NCBI RefSeq assembly: GCF_003018255.1
Contig: NZ_CP027440.1
Length of the DNA: 64,000 nt
Direction: 5' to 3' (one strand)
Origin: Escherichia coli
GTDB lineage: Bacteria > Pseudomonadota > Gammaproteobacteria > Enterobacterales > Enterobacteriaceae
Part shown: positions 12,480-21,145 of the stretch, in pieces
How the letters are laid out: each line of letters opens with the position of its first letter
How positions within the stretch are numbered: position 1 is the first letter of the stretch
Notes under the pieces: generated by a model
The model's database searches: none
What the model saw: the letters and a program-made list of their open reading frames with translations, nothing else
Told to the model about the DNA's origin: nothing
Position numbers and translations under genes: made by a program

Positions 12480-13730
12480 GTGATGACCGGAATCAAAATT
12501 ATGAGCAGAGCACTTAACAAACTGAGTGACACACAGCTAAGGAAAATCAACGGCACACCCGCCCAAAAAACAGCCTTTCTTAATGACGGTGGAAACCTGA
12601 GCGTCAGGCATTCAACCAGCGGCCTTTTAACCTGGTATTTCACATACAGGGCCGGAACGGGAAGAGGGACACAACCTGAACGCGTTAAGCTGGGAAATTA
12701 TCCCGATCTGAGCCTGAAAGCAGCCAGGGAAAAAGCCGCACAGTGTCGCGCATGGCTGGCTGAGGGGAAAAATCCACGCTATGAACTGAATTACACCATG
12801 CAGGAAGCGTTAAAGCCTGCAACGGTTGGCGATGCGCTCACCTACTGGCTTGAGTCGTACGCAAAGGAAAAGCGCACAGATTACGAATCACTGAAAAGCC
12901 GGATCAATAAAAACATAATCATCAAAATTGGTGCTATGCCGCTGGATAAATGCGAGCTACGGCACTGGCTGGCCTGTTTTGATCAGGTGGCAAAGCGAAC
13001 ACCTGTTACTGCCGGATTCTTGCTACAGACATGCAAACAGGCGCTTAAATTCTGCCGTAGGCGGCGCTATGCAATCAGCAACGTTCTGGACGATCTGAAC
13101 GTGGCGGACGTTGGGAAAAAACCGGATATAAGCGAACGTGTCTTAAGCACCAAAGAACTGGGCGAGTTATTGCAGGCGCTGGATAAAAAAATATTTTCTC
13201 CTTACTACGTCGCGTTAATCCGCCTCCTGATTGTCTTCGGAGCCAGGACGGTAGAACTGAGGTTATCGGAGATCAGCGAGTGGGATTTTACCGAAATGCT
13301 ATGGACCGTTCCGAAGGAGCACAGCAAAACGAAGGTTGCAATATTCCGGCCCATACCGGAAGCGATCCTGCCGTTCGTCACGCGGCTGGTGGAGCAGAAC
13401 AGGCACACGGGCTTATTACTGGGGGAAGTGAAACAGGAGGCTAGCGTATCGCAGTACGGCAGATTAGCGCACAGGAGGCTAAAACACCTTCAATGGTCAT
13501 TGCATGACATCCGGCGCACCTTTACAACGATGCTGAATGATTTGGGCGTGGATCCTCACGTCGTGGAGCAGCTTACAGGTCATCAGATGCCAGGGATGCA
13601 ACGAGTCTATAACCACTCCCGTTATCTCGATGCGAAACGTGATGCGCTGGATATGTGGACGGAGCGGTTAGGGATACTGGCGGGAGCACATGAAAACGTA
13701 ACCACGCTACCAGTAACCAGAATAAAATAA
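12480..13730 (+). CDS. int: Tyrosine recombinase / integrase (P4-like)
   Basis: 416-aa ORF abutting attL; C-terminal catalytic region (HDIRRTF...RYLD) typical of phage integrases. Confidence 0.85.
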   Translation: MMTGIKIMSRALNKLSDTQLRKINGTPAQKTAFLNDGGNLSVRHSTSGLLTWYFTYRAGTGRGTQPERVKLGNYPDLSLKAAREKAAQCRAWLAEGKNPRYELNYTMQEALKPATVGDALTYWLESYAKEKRTDYESLKSRINKNIIIKIGAMPLDKCELRHWLACFDQVAKRTPVTAGFLLQTCKQALKFCRRRRYAISNVLDDLNVADVGKKPDISERVLSTKELGELLQALDKKIFSPYYVALIRLLIVFGARTVELRLSEISEWDFTEMLWTVPKEHSKTKVAIFRPIPEAILPFVTRLVEQNRHTGLLLGEVKQEASVSQYGRLAHRRLKHLQWSLHDIRRTFTTMLNDLGVDPHVVEQLTGHQMPGMQRVYNHSRYLDAKRDALDMWTERLGILAGAHENVTTLPVTRIK

Positions 13731-14094
13731 TTTTTTTCGTGTTTTTTCAGTATGCGCATACTGGATAAGTGCACAGATACAACGTGAAACAATGTGCAAC
13801 AACGTGACACAATCATGAACAAGAGGCCAAAAAGAATACAGATTTATAAGTTACTGATTTTTATTGCTCAACTGGTTTTTTATACATTAGCGAATTACGC
13901 GTTAAAGCGTGCGAAAAAAGGCATAAAACAAGATTTTATGCCTTTGTATTAACATGAATTTAAATGATTTTATCCTGATTATTCCTCTTTCTGTAAACCA
14001 TACGACATCAACATTTGCCATTCACCACACTAGCGGGAACAATACGACACAATAAGACACCTGATGACTCTTTAAGAAACGAAAGGGGGCAATA

Positions 14095-14283
14095 GTGTTA
14101 AGCACTGATCGGTTTATACGTGAAAAAGAATGCGAAAAGCTAACAGGCCTTAGCCGCTCATGCCGCTACCGCCTGGAAAAGGCCGGACAATTCCCATCAC
14201 GTCGTAAACTTGGCGGGCGTTCTGTTGGCTGGTCTTTATCTGAGGTTTTGGCCTGGAAGGATAGCTGCAAGGCAGTTCACTAA
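14095..14283 (+). CDS. alpA: AlpA-family transcriptional regulator / excisionase-like protein
   Basis: 62-aa ORF (GTG start) with AlpA-type HTH signature LTGLSRS..Y.L...G.FP...LG.RSVGW..SEV..W. Confidence 0.7.
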   Translation: MLSTDRFIREKECEKLTGLSRSCRYRLEKAGQFPSRRKLGGRSVGWSLSEVLAWKDSCKAVH

Positions 14284-14423
14284 AAAGACTGGCGGCACAC
14301 AGTCGCCACACATCCACTAATACAGAGATATAACTATGAAGATTGAATATGCGCCCGAACGTGGGCGGGGATTCGTTCGCCCTGGTGAAACTGAAAAACA
14401 ACAAAATTGGGGTTTTTCAGGCA

Positions 14424-14453
14424 TAAAAAAAGCGGCCCCGATATGGAGCCGCC
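14424..14453 (-). terminator. Putative intrinsic terminator for the leftward RHH transcript
   Basis: Minus-strand hairpin GCGGC-11 nt-GCCGC followed by U7. Confidence 0.4.
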
Positions 14454-14781
14454 TTTCTGAACAATTAACCTGCTGCGCCTTATGTGTATGTGATCCCAAA
14501 CATAAGCACGGGGATGATAGCCGCTATCAGGCTGGTGGGCAATTCCTGTTTTGTCCGTATTGCGCCGCCATTTTCGCTCGTTCAGAGCGCGAATATTTTT
14601 TTAGAAACTCATCAAGGACAAAAGCGCATGGTGCGAATCTTTCTGATTCATGCTCGAGCGCCATATTTTCGTGCTCTCTGTTCGTTTTTTGCGATGGTGT
14701 ATCGCTTGATTCTTTGTTGGTCATTGTGTGTACCTGTAAAGCAATGCGCCGTAGTACCTCACACCACGGCGCTGATAGTTT

Positions 14782-14913
14782 TTATCCTTTGGGGTCTATG
14801 CCGCGCCGCTTTAGTTCAGTGCGCCCCAACTCTTTAAGCCAGTTGGCTAGGCTTATGCCGTCGCTCTGTGCTTCTTTGTCGAATTGCTCTTTTAGCTCTG
14901 GAGAAATTCGCAT
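14782..14913 (-). CDS. Small ribbon-helix-helix (CopG/Arc-like) DNA-binding protein, candidate satellite repressor
   Basis: MRISPELKEQFDKEAQSDGISLANWLKELGRTEL... within ORF 14782-15054; transcribed divergently from the early operon; start codon uncertain, weak RBS. Confidence 0.4.
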   Translation of the reverse strand: MRISPELKEQFDKEAQSDGISLANWLKELGRTELKRRGIDPKG

Positions 14914-14966
14914 TCTGAATTGTGGGGATTGCCCGTCCCCTTTAGGGCTTTTATCGCGTTTGATTG

Positions 14967-15017
14967 TTGACAAGTGGCCACCTATTAAATTAGCCTTTCT
15001 ATTGTTAGGTGGCCACC
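14967..15017. promoter_or_regulatory. Candidate operator/promoter region: two GTGGCCAC palindromes flanking a TTGACA
   Basis: TTGACA at 14967-14972; palindromes GTGGCCAC (14974-14981) and GGTGGCCACC (15008-15017), 34 bp apart, between the divergent RHH gene and the rightward early genes. Confidence 0.45.
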
Positions 15018-15030
15018 TTAACACAAGAGC

Positions 15031-15077
15031 ACTTAAAAAAGCAAAGCCCCGCAAGTGCCATTACCACTCGCAGGGCT
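15031..15077 (-). terminator. Minus-strand intrinsic terminator; candidate 3' end of an antisense RNA
   Basis: On the minus-strand RNA a 13-bp stem (agcccugcgagug / cacuugcggggcu, two G-U pairs) with a 7-nt loop is followed by UUGCUUUUUU; on the plus strand the same stem has two C-A mismatches. Confidence 0.45.
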
Positions 15078-15106
15078 TCTAACCAACAACGTAAACGAGG
15101 AGCCGT

Positions 15107-15308
15107 TATGGTTGCCGTAAATCATATACCACACCTTGTACACACACAAACTGCCTTTGTGTGGCGTTTTCTGGCCCTGAGTGCCGGAGAATCTCAAATC
15201 ATCCACGTAACCGCCTGGACGGAACGCGAAGCGCGTAACCGTTGCCCGTCCGGTTGTGTTGCTGTATTTGCCGCCCGTATTCGTCAGGGGGAAACCTATG
15301 CACAATAA
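15107..15308 (+). CDS. Small hypothetical protein, possibly Icd-like
   Basis: MVAVNHIPHLVHTQTAFVWRFLALSAGESQIIHVTAWTEREARNRCPSGCVAVFAARIRQ; the Icd-like assignment is by recalled similarity only. Confidence 0.35.
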
Positions 15309-15528
15309 AACCACACCGGACGCAGCAGAAGAAGCAATGCAAATACTGATACGTGCGCTCGTTGATGTTACCCACATGGTGGAGATTATGGAGAGAAAAT
15401 CACAGTCGGAGCACGACAAAAGAAAACTTAAAACAATAAAAATAATTGCCAAAAACTCGCTGATAAAAGTTACAGACATCCTTAATGAGGACATTAAAAG
15501 AATAAGGGAGAAAATTTGTGATGCATAA
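15298..15528 (+). CDS. Hypothetical small protein (AT-rich cargo gene 1)
   Basis: 76 aa from ATG 15298 (MHNKTTPDAAEEAMQ...); overlaps the next gene by 11 bp; locally AT-rich. Confidence 0.35.
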   Translation: MHNKTTPDAAEEAMQILIRALVDVTHMVEIMERKSQSEHDKRKLKTIKIIAKNSLIKVTDILNEDIKRIREKICDA

Positions 15529-15748
15529 AATCCCTTTTGAAGTATTAATCCACTCTGAAAACGCATTAATTAAAGCACGCGAAATGAATGCGTTGTTAAT
15601 TAAATTAATTGAAGTGCCGGAAGGTGGTGAGGAATCAGGTGTATTAATGTTTGCAGCCATTCAGACATTACTATCGCCTGTTATTGATGAACTGGATAAG
15701 GCAATGGCAATTCACGAAAATAATAACGCGCCCCACACCGGAGAATAA
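15518..15748 (+). CDS. Hypothetical small protein (AT-rich cargo gene 2)
   Basis: 76 aa; start overlaps the previous ORF, suggesting translational coupling. Confidence 0.35.
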   Translation: MMHKIPFEVLIHSENALIKAREMNALLIKLIEVPEGGEESGVLMFAAIQTLLSPVIDELDKAMAIHENNNAPHTGE

Positions 15749-15753
15749 AAATA

Positions 15754-16053
15754 ATGAAACTTAAATATTCTGGCTTAACTGCCAGTGGCAAAACTCGCAC
15801 TAAATTCATGCGCGGTGATATTTACCGCGACCAGTACGGCGGCACGGTAATGATTAAGGGCGTGGAGGAACGGCGCGTAACTTACCGCCGTGAAGGTTAC
15901 GAATATGATTGCGTGATGCCCGTTTATCAGTTCGACCGTGATTTTTCTCTGGTGCAGGCAGCGCAACGCAGCAAGCCCACCAGCAGGGAGAAAGCACGCG
16001 CCAATATTCAGGAAATAAAAAAGATGCTTAACGTATTCAGGGGTAAAAAATGA
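15754..16053 (+). CDS. Hypothetical protein
   Basis: 99-aa ORF whose stop overlaps the primase start (ATGA). Confidence 0.4.
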   Translation: MKLKYSGLTASGKTRTKFMRGDIYRDQYGGTVMIKGVEERRVTYRREGYEYDCVMPVYQFDRDFSLVQAAQRSKPTSREKARANIQEIKKMLNVFRGKK

Positions 16054-17804
16054 AACTGGCACCGAACGTAAAACAGCAGTCACGCGGCATAAAACACAAA
16101 GAAACAGAAGTCATTATTTTTGCGGGTAGTGATGCCTGGTCACACGCAAAACAATGGCAGGAACATGACGCGCGTATGGCCGGAGATAATGAGCCTCCTG
16201 TGTGGCTTGGGGAGCAGCAGTTATCAGAACTGGATAAGCTGCAAATTGTGCCGGAAGGCAGAAAATCCGTGCGCATATTCAGGGCCGGATATCTTGCACC
16301 AGTAATGATAAAGGCGATTGGTCAAAAGCTGGCGGCGGCTGGTGTACAGGATGCAAATTTTTATCCTGAGGGTATGCACGGCAAGGAGGTGCAGAACTGG
16401 CGCGAATACCTGGCCCGTGAACGCCAGAATCTTTCTGATGGTCTGGTCATTGAGCTTCCGGTAAAGCAAAAGGCGCAACTTTCGCAGATGGCGGACAGTG
16501 AGCGCGCGCAGCTGCTTGCCGATCGCTTTGATGGCGTTTGCGTACATCCTGAAAGTGAAATTGTTCACGTATGGCGCGGCGGGGTATGGTGTCCGGTCAG
16601 CACAATGGAACTTAGCCGCGAAATGGTGGCGATCTATTCAGAGCACAGGGCCACTTTCAGCAAGCGCGTAATCAATAACGCCGTGGAAGCGTTAAAAGTT
16701 ATTGCCGAACCAATGGGCGAGCCGTCCGGCGATTTGCTGCCGTTCGCCAATGGTGCGCTTGACCTGAAAACGGGGGAATTTTCCCCGCACACGCCGGAGA
16801 ACTGGATCACCACGCACAACGGCATTGAGTACACGCCACCAGCACCAGGGGAGAATATCCGCGACAACGCGCCAAACTTTCATAAATGGCTTGAGCACGC
16901 AGCCGGAAAAGACCCGCGCAAGATGATGCGTATATGTGCCGCGCTGTACATGATTATGGCGAACCGGTACGACTGGCAGATGTTTATTGAGGCCACCGGA
17001 GACGGCGGGAGCGGTAAAAGTACATTCACACACATAGCCAGCCTTCTGGCAGGGAAACAGAACACGGTAAGCGCTGAAATGACATCGCTTGATGATGCTG
17101 GTGGACGTGCGCAGGTTGTCGGGAGTCGTCTTATCGTCCTGGCTGACCAGCCGAAATATACAGGCGAAGGAACGGGCATCAAGAAAATCACGGGCGGCGA
17201 CCCCGTGGAAATTAACCCGAAATATGAGAAGCGTTTTACGGCGGTAATCAGGGCGGTGGTGCTGGCTACCAACAATAACCCGATGATATTCACCGAACGG
17301 GCCGGAGGTGTGTCACGTCGTCGCGTAATTTTCCGTTTCGACAATATCGTCAGTGAGGCCGAAAAAGACAGGGAGCTACCGGAAAAGATTGCGGCTGAAA
17401 TCCCTGTCATTATCCGCCGATTGCTGGCGAACTTTACCGACCCTGAGAAGGCACGGGCTTTACTACTGGAACAGCGTGACGGTGATGAAGCTCTGGCAAT
17501 AAAGCAACAGACGGATCCGGTTATTGAGTTTTGCCAGTTCCTGAATTTTCTGGAGGAAGCACGCGGCCTGATGATGGGCGGCGGTGGCGATTCAGTGAAG
17601 TACACGACCAGGAACAGCCTTTACCGCGTCTATCTGGCGTTTATGGCATACGCAGGCAGGAGCAAACCGCTAAACGTGGCTGAGTTCAGCAAGGCCATGA
17701 AGCCAGCGGCGAAAGTTTACGGGCATGAATATATTACGCGAAAAGTTAAGGGAGTAACGCAGACCAACGCAATTACAACAGACGATTGCGACGCGTTTTT
17801 ATAA
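16050..17804 (+). CDS. Replication protein: P4-family primase / D5-like SF3 helicase
   Basis: 584 aa with Walker A GDGGSGKST; domain architecture of satellite pri-rep proteins; iterons immediately downstream. Confidence 0.8.
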   Translation: MKLAPNVKQQSRGIKHKETEVIIFAGSDAWSHAKQWQEHDARMAGDNEPPVWLGEQQLSELDKLQIVPEGRKSVRIFRAGYLAPVMIKAIGQKLAAAGVQDANFYPEGMHGKEVQNWREYLARERQNLSDGLVIELPVKQKAQLSQMADSERAQLLADRFDGVCVHPESEIVHVWRGGVWCPVSTMELSREMVAIYSEHRATFSKRVINNAVEALKVIAEPMGEPSGDLLPFANGALDLKTGEFSPHTPENWITTHNGIEYTPPAPGENIRDNAPNFHKWLEHAAGKDPRKMMRICAALYMIMANRYDWQMFIEATGDGGSGKSTFTHIASLLAGKQNTVSAEMTSLDDAGGRAQVVGSRLIVLADQPKYTGEGTGIKKITGGDPVEINPKYEKRFTAVIRAVVLATNNNPMIFTERAGGVSRRRVIFRFDNIVSEAEKDRELPEKIAAEIPVIIRRLLANFTDPEKARALLLEQRDGDEALAIKQQTDPVIEFCQFLNFLEEARGLMMGGGGDSVKYTTRNSLYRVYLAFMAYAGRSKPLNVAEFSKAMKPAAKVYGHEYITRKVKGVTQTNAITTDDCDAFL

Positions 17805-17817
17805 TTTTTTGTAAAAG

Positions 17818-18044
17818 CCCTCTACCCCATCTACCTGAATGAAGTAAACGCATATTATTCAACATGATAAGTGGGTAGAGGGCTAGGTAGAAGGCTAATA
17901 AAAGCTCTCTACCCCTTCTACCTGATTTTATCAGTTTCAGGTAGCAGGGTAGACGGCAGGTAGAGGAGCCCAAAAAGCTATCTACCCGCTGAAAGCCGCG
18001 CCATTACTGACATGATGAGCATTCGGGTAGATGGGTAGAGGGGG
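17818..18044. repeat. Iteron-type replication origin
   Basis: At least 8 copies in both orientations of GGTAGA(G/T)GG / CC(C/T)CTACC with AT-rich spacers, directly after the primase-helicase gene. Confidence 0.6.
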
Positions 18045-18089
18045 GGGAGGCACAACTAAAAACTTTTTAAACGAGGGGGGGGAAAATAA

Positions 18090-18404
18090 ATGCGCATACA
18101 TCAAAATCACTTAACAAATATGCCAGCCGAAAACATGAATCAGGGGCGACAAATGACCAAAATTCGCAGAGACAGAACACAGGCAAAATATAAAGCGTTA
18201 GACATGACAGAGCTTTCCTTAAAGGTGGCAATCAAAGCGATAGACCACCACACACGGGCAGGATACGCGAAGGAACATCCCGACCTGATAAGCGCATTCA
18301 TGACCACGGCGGCGGCAAACTTTGCCACGTTGACAGAACGTGAGATTGCCGAAGCGGAACAGGTAACAACCATCAACGTTAAAACCGGAGAGGTGGAATC
18401 ATGA
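18090..18404 (+). CDS. Hypothetical protein
   Basis: 104-aa ORF; stop overlaps the ssb start (ATGA). Confidence 0.35.
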   Translation: MRIHQNHLTNMPAENMNQGRQMTKIRRDRTQAKYKALDMTELSLKVAIKAIDHHTRAGYAKEHPDLISAFMTTAAANFATLTEREIAEAEQVTTINVKTGEVES

Positions 18405-18811
18405 CAGCACAGATAGCCGCTTACGGGCGGCTGGTGGACGACCCGCAGGTAAAACAGACCAGCAAGGGCACACCGATGACGCTGGTTCGTATGGCGGTAT
18501 CGCTGCCATGCAGCCAGGCACATGACGGACAGGCGACGTTATGGTTATCGGTTATCGCATTTGGCAAACAGGCCGATTTCCTGGCTAAACATCAAAAAGG
18601 CGATGTTGCCAGCGTATCCGGCACGATGCAGGTAAGCCAGTGGACCGGACAGAACGGGGAAACGCGGCGGGGGTATCAGGTTATTGCAGACAGCGTAATC
18701 AGTGCCCGCGCGGCACGTCCAGGCGGGAACAGACGCAAAACCACAGGCACACAGGGTAATCAGCCACCAGCGGGAGGCGATGACCCTTACGGTGACGGTA
18801 TTCCGTTCTGA
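18401..18811 (+). CDS. ssb: Single-stranded DNA-binding protein
   Basis: 136 aa; Gly/Pro-rich linker and acidic C-terminal tail DDPYGDGIPF resembling the SSB D-I-P-F tip. Confidence 0.6.
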   Translation: MTAQIAAYGRLVDDPQVKQTSKGTPMTLVRMAVSLPCSQAHDGQATLWLSVIAFGKQADFLAKHQKGDVASVSGTMQVSQWTGQNGETRRGYQVIADSVISARAARPGGNRRKTTGTQGNQPPAGGDDPYGDGIPF

Positions 18812-18821
18812 GGGGGTGACG

Positions 18822-19070
18822 ATGGTACATGACCGCATAGCGGAGGAACTCGAGGCAAAAGGCTTTTACCGGAGGGCGTCGGCGCGATGGGGTGAAGTCA
18901 TGCAACTGGTGGAGACAGACAAGGAACGGCATCAGGTTACGATGCGACGGCTGGAATGTTCCAGGAAGGCACAGAGGCCACCGGAGCCGCCAACGGAGAA
19001 CTACGCAGACCTGAGAAATGCAGTAAATCGCACTTACGCAGACATGGGGCTGAGCAAATTAGCAGAGTAG
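18822..19070 (+). CDS. PerC-family transcriptional regulator (putative)
   Basis: MVHDRIAEELEAKGFYRRASARWGEVM... matches the PerC-type AEELE.KG.WRRA..RW motif; start chosen at ATG 18822. Confidence 0.45.
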   Translation: MVHDRIAEELEAKGFYRRASARWGEVMQLVETDKERHQVTMRRLECSRKAQRPPEPPTENYADLRNAVNRTYADMGLSKLAE

Positions 19071-19092
19071 GAATATCAGAACCACACCACGC

Positions 19093-19125
19093 AGCCGGAG
19101 CAATCCGGCTTTTTGTTATTTTTTG
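19093..19125 (+). terminator. Intrinsic terminator after the PerC-like gene
   Basis: Hairpin agccgga-gcaa-tccggct followed by TTTTTGTTATTTTTT. Confidence 0.55.
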
Positions 19126-19336
19126 TAAATTATTTGTTCGTGGTTGTTCCACGTTGTTCACTGAGCGGATCGGCATATTTTACCCGAACTGAATCATGAT
19201 TATTCTCGCCCGTGGTGCCAGGACGCTGGGGCCACTTTCCCGCCTGTTAATGTGCTCGCCAATATTCATTACCAGGCGGGAAAACGATCGGTGCGATTGC
19301 TGATTTCCTTATGAAAAACGGTTGAGTGTTTGCCGC

Positions 19337-19374
19337 GTCCTGGAGTTCCTTACTTAACCCCAGGACTTTTTTTT
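19337..19374 (+). promoter_or_regulatory. Hairpin plus T8 tract abutting the capsid start codon
   Basis: 7-bp stem gtcctgg/ccaggac (16-nt loop) followed by eight T that run directly into ATG 19375; no SD sequence. Confidence 0.4.
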
Positions 19375-20532
19375 ATGCCGAGAATAATCGAATTACGCCA
19401 GCAGAAAACCGCCATTAAAAATCAGATGCGCGACATGCTGGAGAACGCTGAAAAAGAAAACCGCAGTCTTAACGATGCTGAGGGCGCAAAATTTGACGAA
19501 TTACGCGCTAAAGCTGAATCCCTCGATAAAGACATTTCCCGCCTTGAAGCCATTGCAGACGAAGAGCGCAGCAAGCCAGGTAAAAGCAGCCAGACCACTG
19601 ACCCCGCAGAACTACGCAGCTACATTCTGACAGGTGAAACCCGCGCATTAAGTACAGGCGTTCCCGCTGATGGTGGTTATACCGTTATCCCCGAACTGAA
19701 CACCGAAATCATGCGAATGCTGGCGGATGAATCCACCATGCGCCGCATCTGTACCGTGAAAAAAATCAGCAGCAACGAGTTTAAGCAGCTTGTTTCCGCT
19801 GGCGGTGCGACCGTTAACCACGGTGAAGAGGGTAAGGCACGCGAACAGACCAGCACCCCGCAGATTAACGAGGTGAGCATTAAGCTGTATCCGGTCTATG
19901 CGTACCCGCGCACCACACAGGAAATCGTGGATTTTTCCGATGTGGACATCCTTTCATGGCTGACGGGTGAGATTGGCGACACCTTCACGGAAACCGAAGA
20001 AAGCGATCTGGTTGTGGGCGACGGTGACAAAAAAGCAAAAGGTTTTTTATCCGTACCCCGTGCAGAGAAGAACGACAAAGAGCGTGATTTTGGTACGTTG
20101 CAGGTAATTAAACCTTCCGAATCTCTGGCGTGGACATCTGCGGACCCGCTGATCGACCTGAAATTTGCATTACGTAAAAAATACCGCAAAAACGCGGTCT
20201 GGGTGGTTAACTCCACGACGGCGGCAAAACTCCAGAAGGTGAAGAACGCGAACGGTGATTACATCTGGCGTGACCGTTTACAGGCGGGTGATCCTGATAC
20301 GTTGCTGGGCCTTCCGGTCGAATATCTGGAGTTTATGCCTGATAACGTTATTGCCCTGGGTGACTTCAAACGCGGTTACTACATTGTTGATCACGAAACA
20401 GGTGTTCGCACCAGACCGGACAACCTCACAGAGCCGGGCTTCATCAAAATTTTCACGCAGAAATATTTAGGCGGTGGCGTGGTGGATTCGAACGCGATCA
20501 AGATTCTGGAACTGCCACAGGACGACGATTAA
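19375..20532 (+). CDS. Major capsid protein (HK97 fold) with N-terminal coiled-coil scaffold-like region
   Basis: ORF 19330-20532 (TTG) trimmed to ATG 19375 (MPRIIELRQQKTAIKNQ...). Confidence 0.8.
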   Translation: MPRIIELRQQKTAIKNQMRDMLENAEKENRSLNDAEGAKFDELRAKAESLDKDISRLEAIADEERSKPGKSSQTTDPAELRSYILTGETRALSTGVPADGGYTVIPELNTEIMRMLADESTMRRICTVKKISSNEFKQLVSAGGATVNHGEEGKAREQTSTPQINEVSIKLYPVYAYPRTTQEIVDFSDVDILSWLTGEIGDTFTETEESDLVVGDGDKKAKGFLSVPRAEKNDKERDFGTLQVIKPSESLAWTSADPLIDLKFALRKKYRKNAVWVVNSTTAAKLQKVKNANGDYIWRDRLQAGDPDTLLGLPVEYLEFMPDNVIALGDFKRGYYIVDHETGVRTRPDNLTEPGFIKIFTQKYLGGGVVDSNAIKILELPQDDD

Positions 20533-20543
20533 CAGCATACAGA

Positions 20544-20571
20544 AGGGGCTTAAAAGCCCCTTTAGTGTTTT
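20544..20571 (+). terminator. Putative terminator between capsid and protease genes
   Basis: Hairpin aggggctt-aa-aagcccct followed by TTAGTGTTTT. Confidence 0.45.
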
Positions 20572-21144
20572 ATGGGTGAAAAAATTATGAAGAGTATGGA
20601 AATCCGGTCATCGGAAATCACCACCAGCGGAGCCGGTACGCTGACGGGCTACGTTGTTCGCTGGGATAAGCTTTCAGAACTGTTATGGGGTGAGTTTTAC
20701 GAAAAATTCCAGCGGGGGGCGTTTACTGAATGGCTTGCGGCGGGTAATGACGTTCGCGGCCTGTATGAGCATGACCACAGCATGTTACTGGGGCGCACCC
20801 GTTCCGGCACGCTGAAACTGGAAGAGGACGAAACAGGGTTACGCTTTGAACTGACCCCACCGGATACCAGTACAGGGCGCGACGTTATCGAACTGGTTAA
20901 GCGTGGGGACATCTCGGGGATGAGCTTTGGCTTTCGCTCCCGTAAGGATGTATGGGATACCACAACAGATCCATGCGTGCGCACCGTGCTGGTGGCGGAA
21001 CTGTACGAAATTACCGTTACATCGGTACCGGCTTACCCCGATTCCGGCGTGGAGCTGGCCCGCCGTTCCCTGTATGAGCAGCACCCCGAAAAAATGCCGC
21101 GTGCGGATAATCGCCGCTGGTGGGTGGATTTAGCGGGGGTGTGA
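20572..21144 (+). CDS. Prohead maturation protease (HK97 family)
   Basis: 190-aa ORF following the capsid gene; length and position fit a prohead protease. Confidence 0.75.
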   Translation: MGEKIMKSMEIRSSEITTSGAGTLTGYVVRWDKLSELLWGEFYEKFQRGAFTEWLAAGNDVRGLYEHDHSMLLGRTRSGTLKLEEDETGLRFELTPPDTSTGRDVIELVKRGDISGMSFGFRSRKDVWDTTTDPCVRTVLVAELYEITVTSVPAYPDSGVELARRSLYEQHPEKMPRADNRRWWVDLAGV

Positions 21145-21145
21145 T

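Noticed and set aside
14336-15082. 248-aa plus-strand ORF in the satellite early region
   Set aside because: Cys/Ser/Phe-rich low-complexity translation with no RBS; it spans the palindromic operator region and the opposite-strand RHH gene, so it is most likely a spurious frame
16880-17605. 241-aa minus-strand ORF
   Set aside because: Antisense to the satellite primase-helicase gene, which has clear Walker A and family features
17818-18044. Possible CRISPR array
   Set aside because: Repeats are ~9-bp iterons in both orientations with irregular spacing, not 28-37-bp direct repeats with unique spacers; no cas genes present
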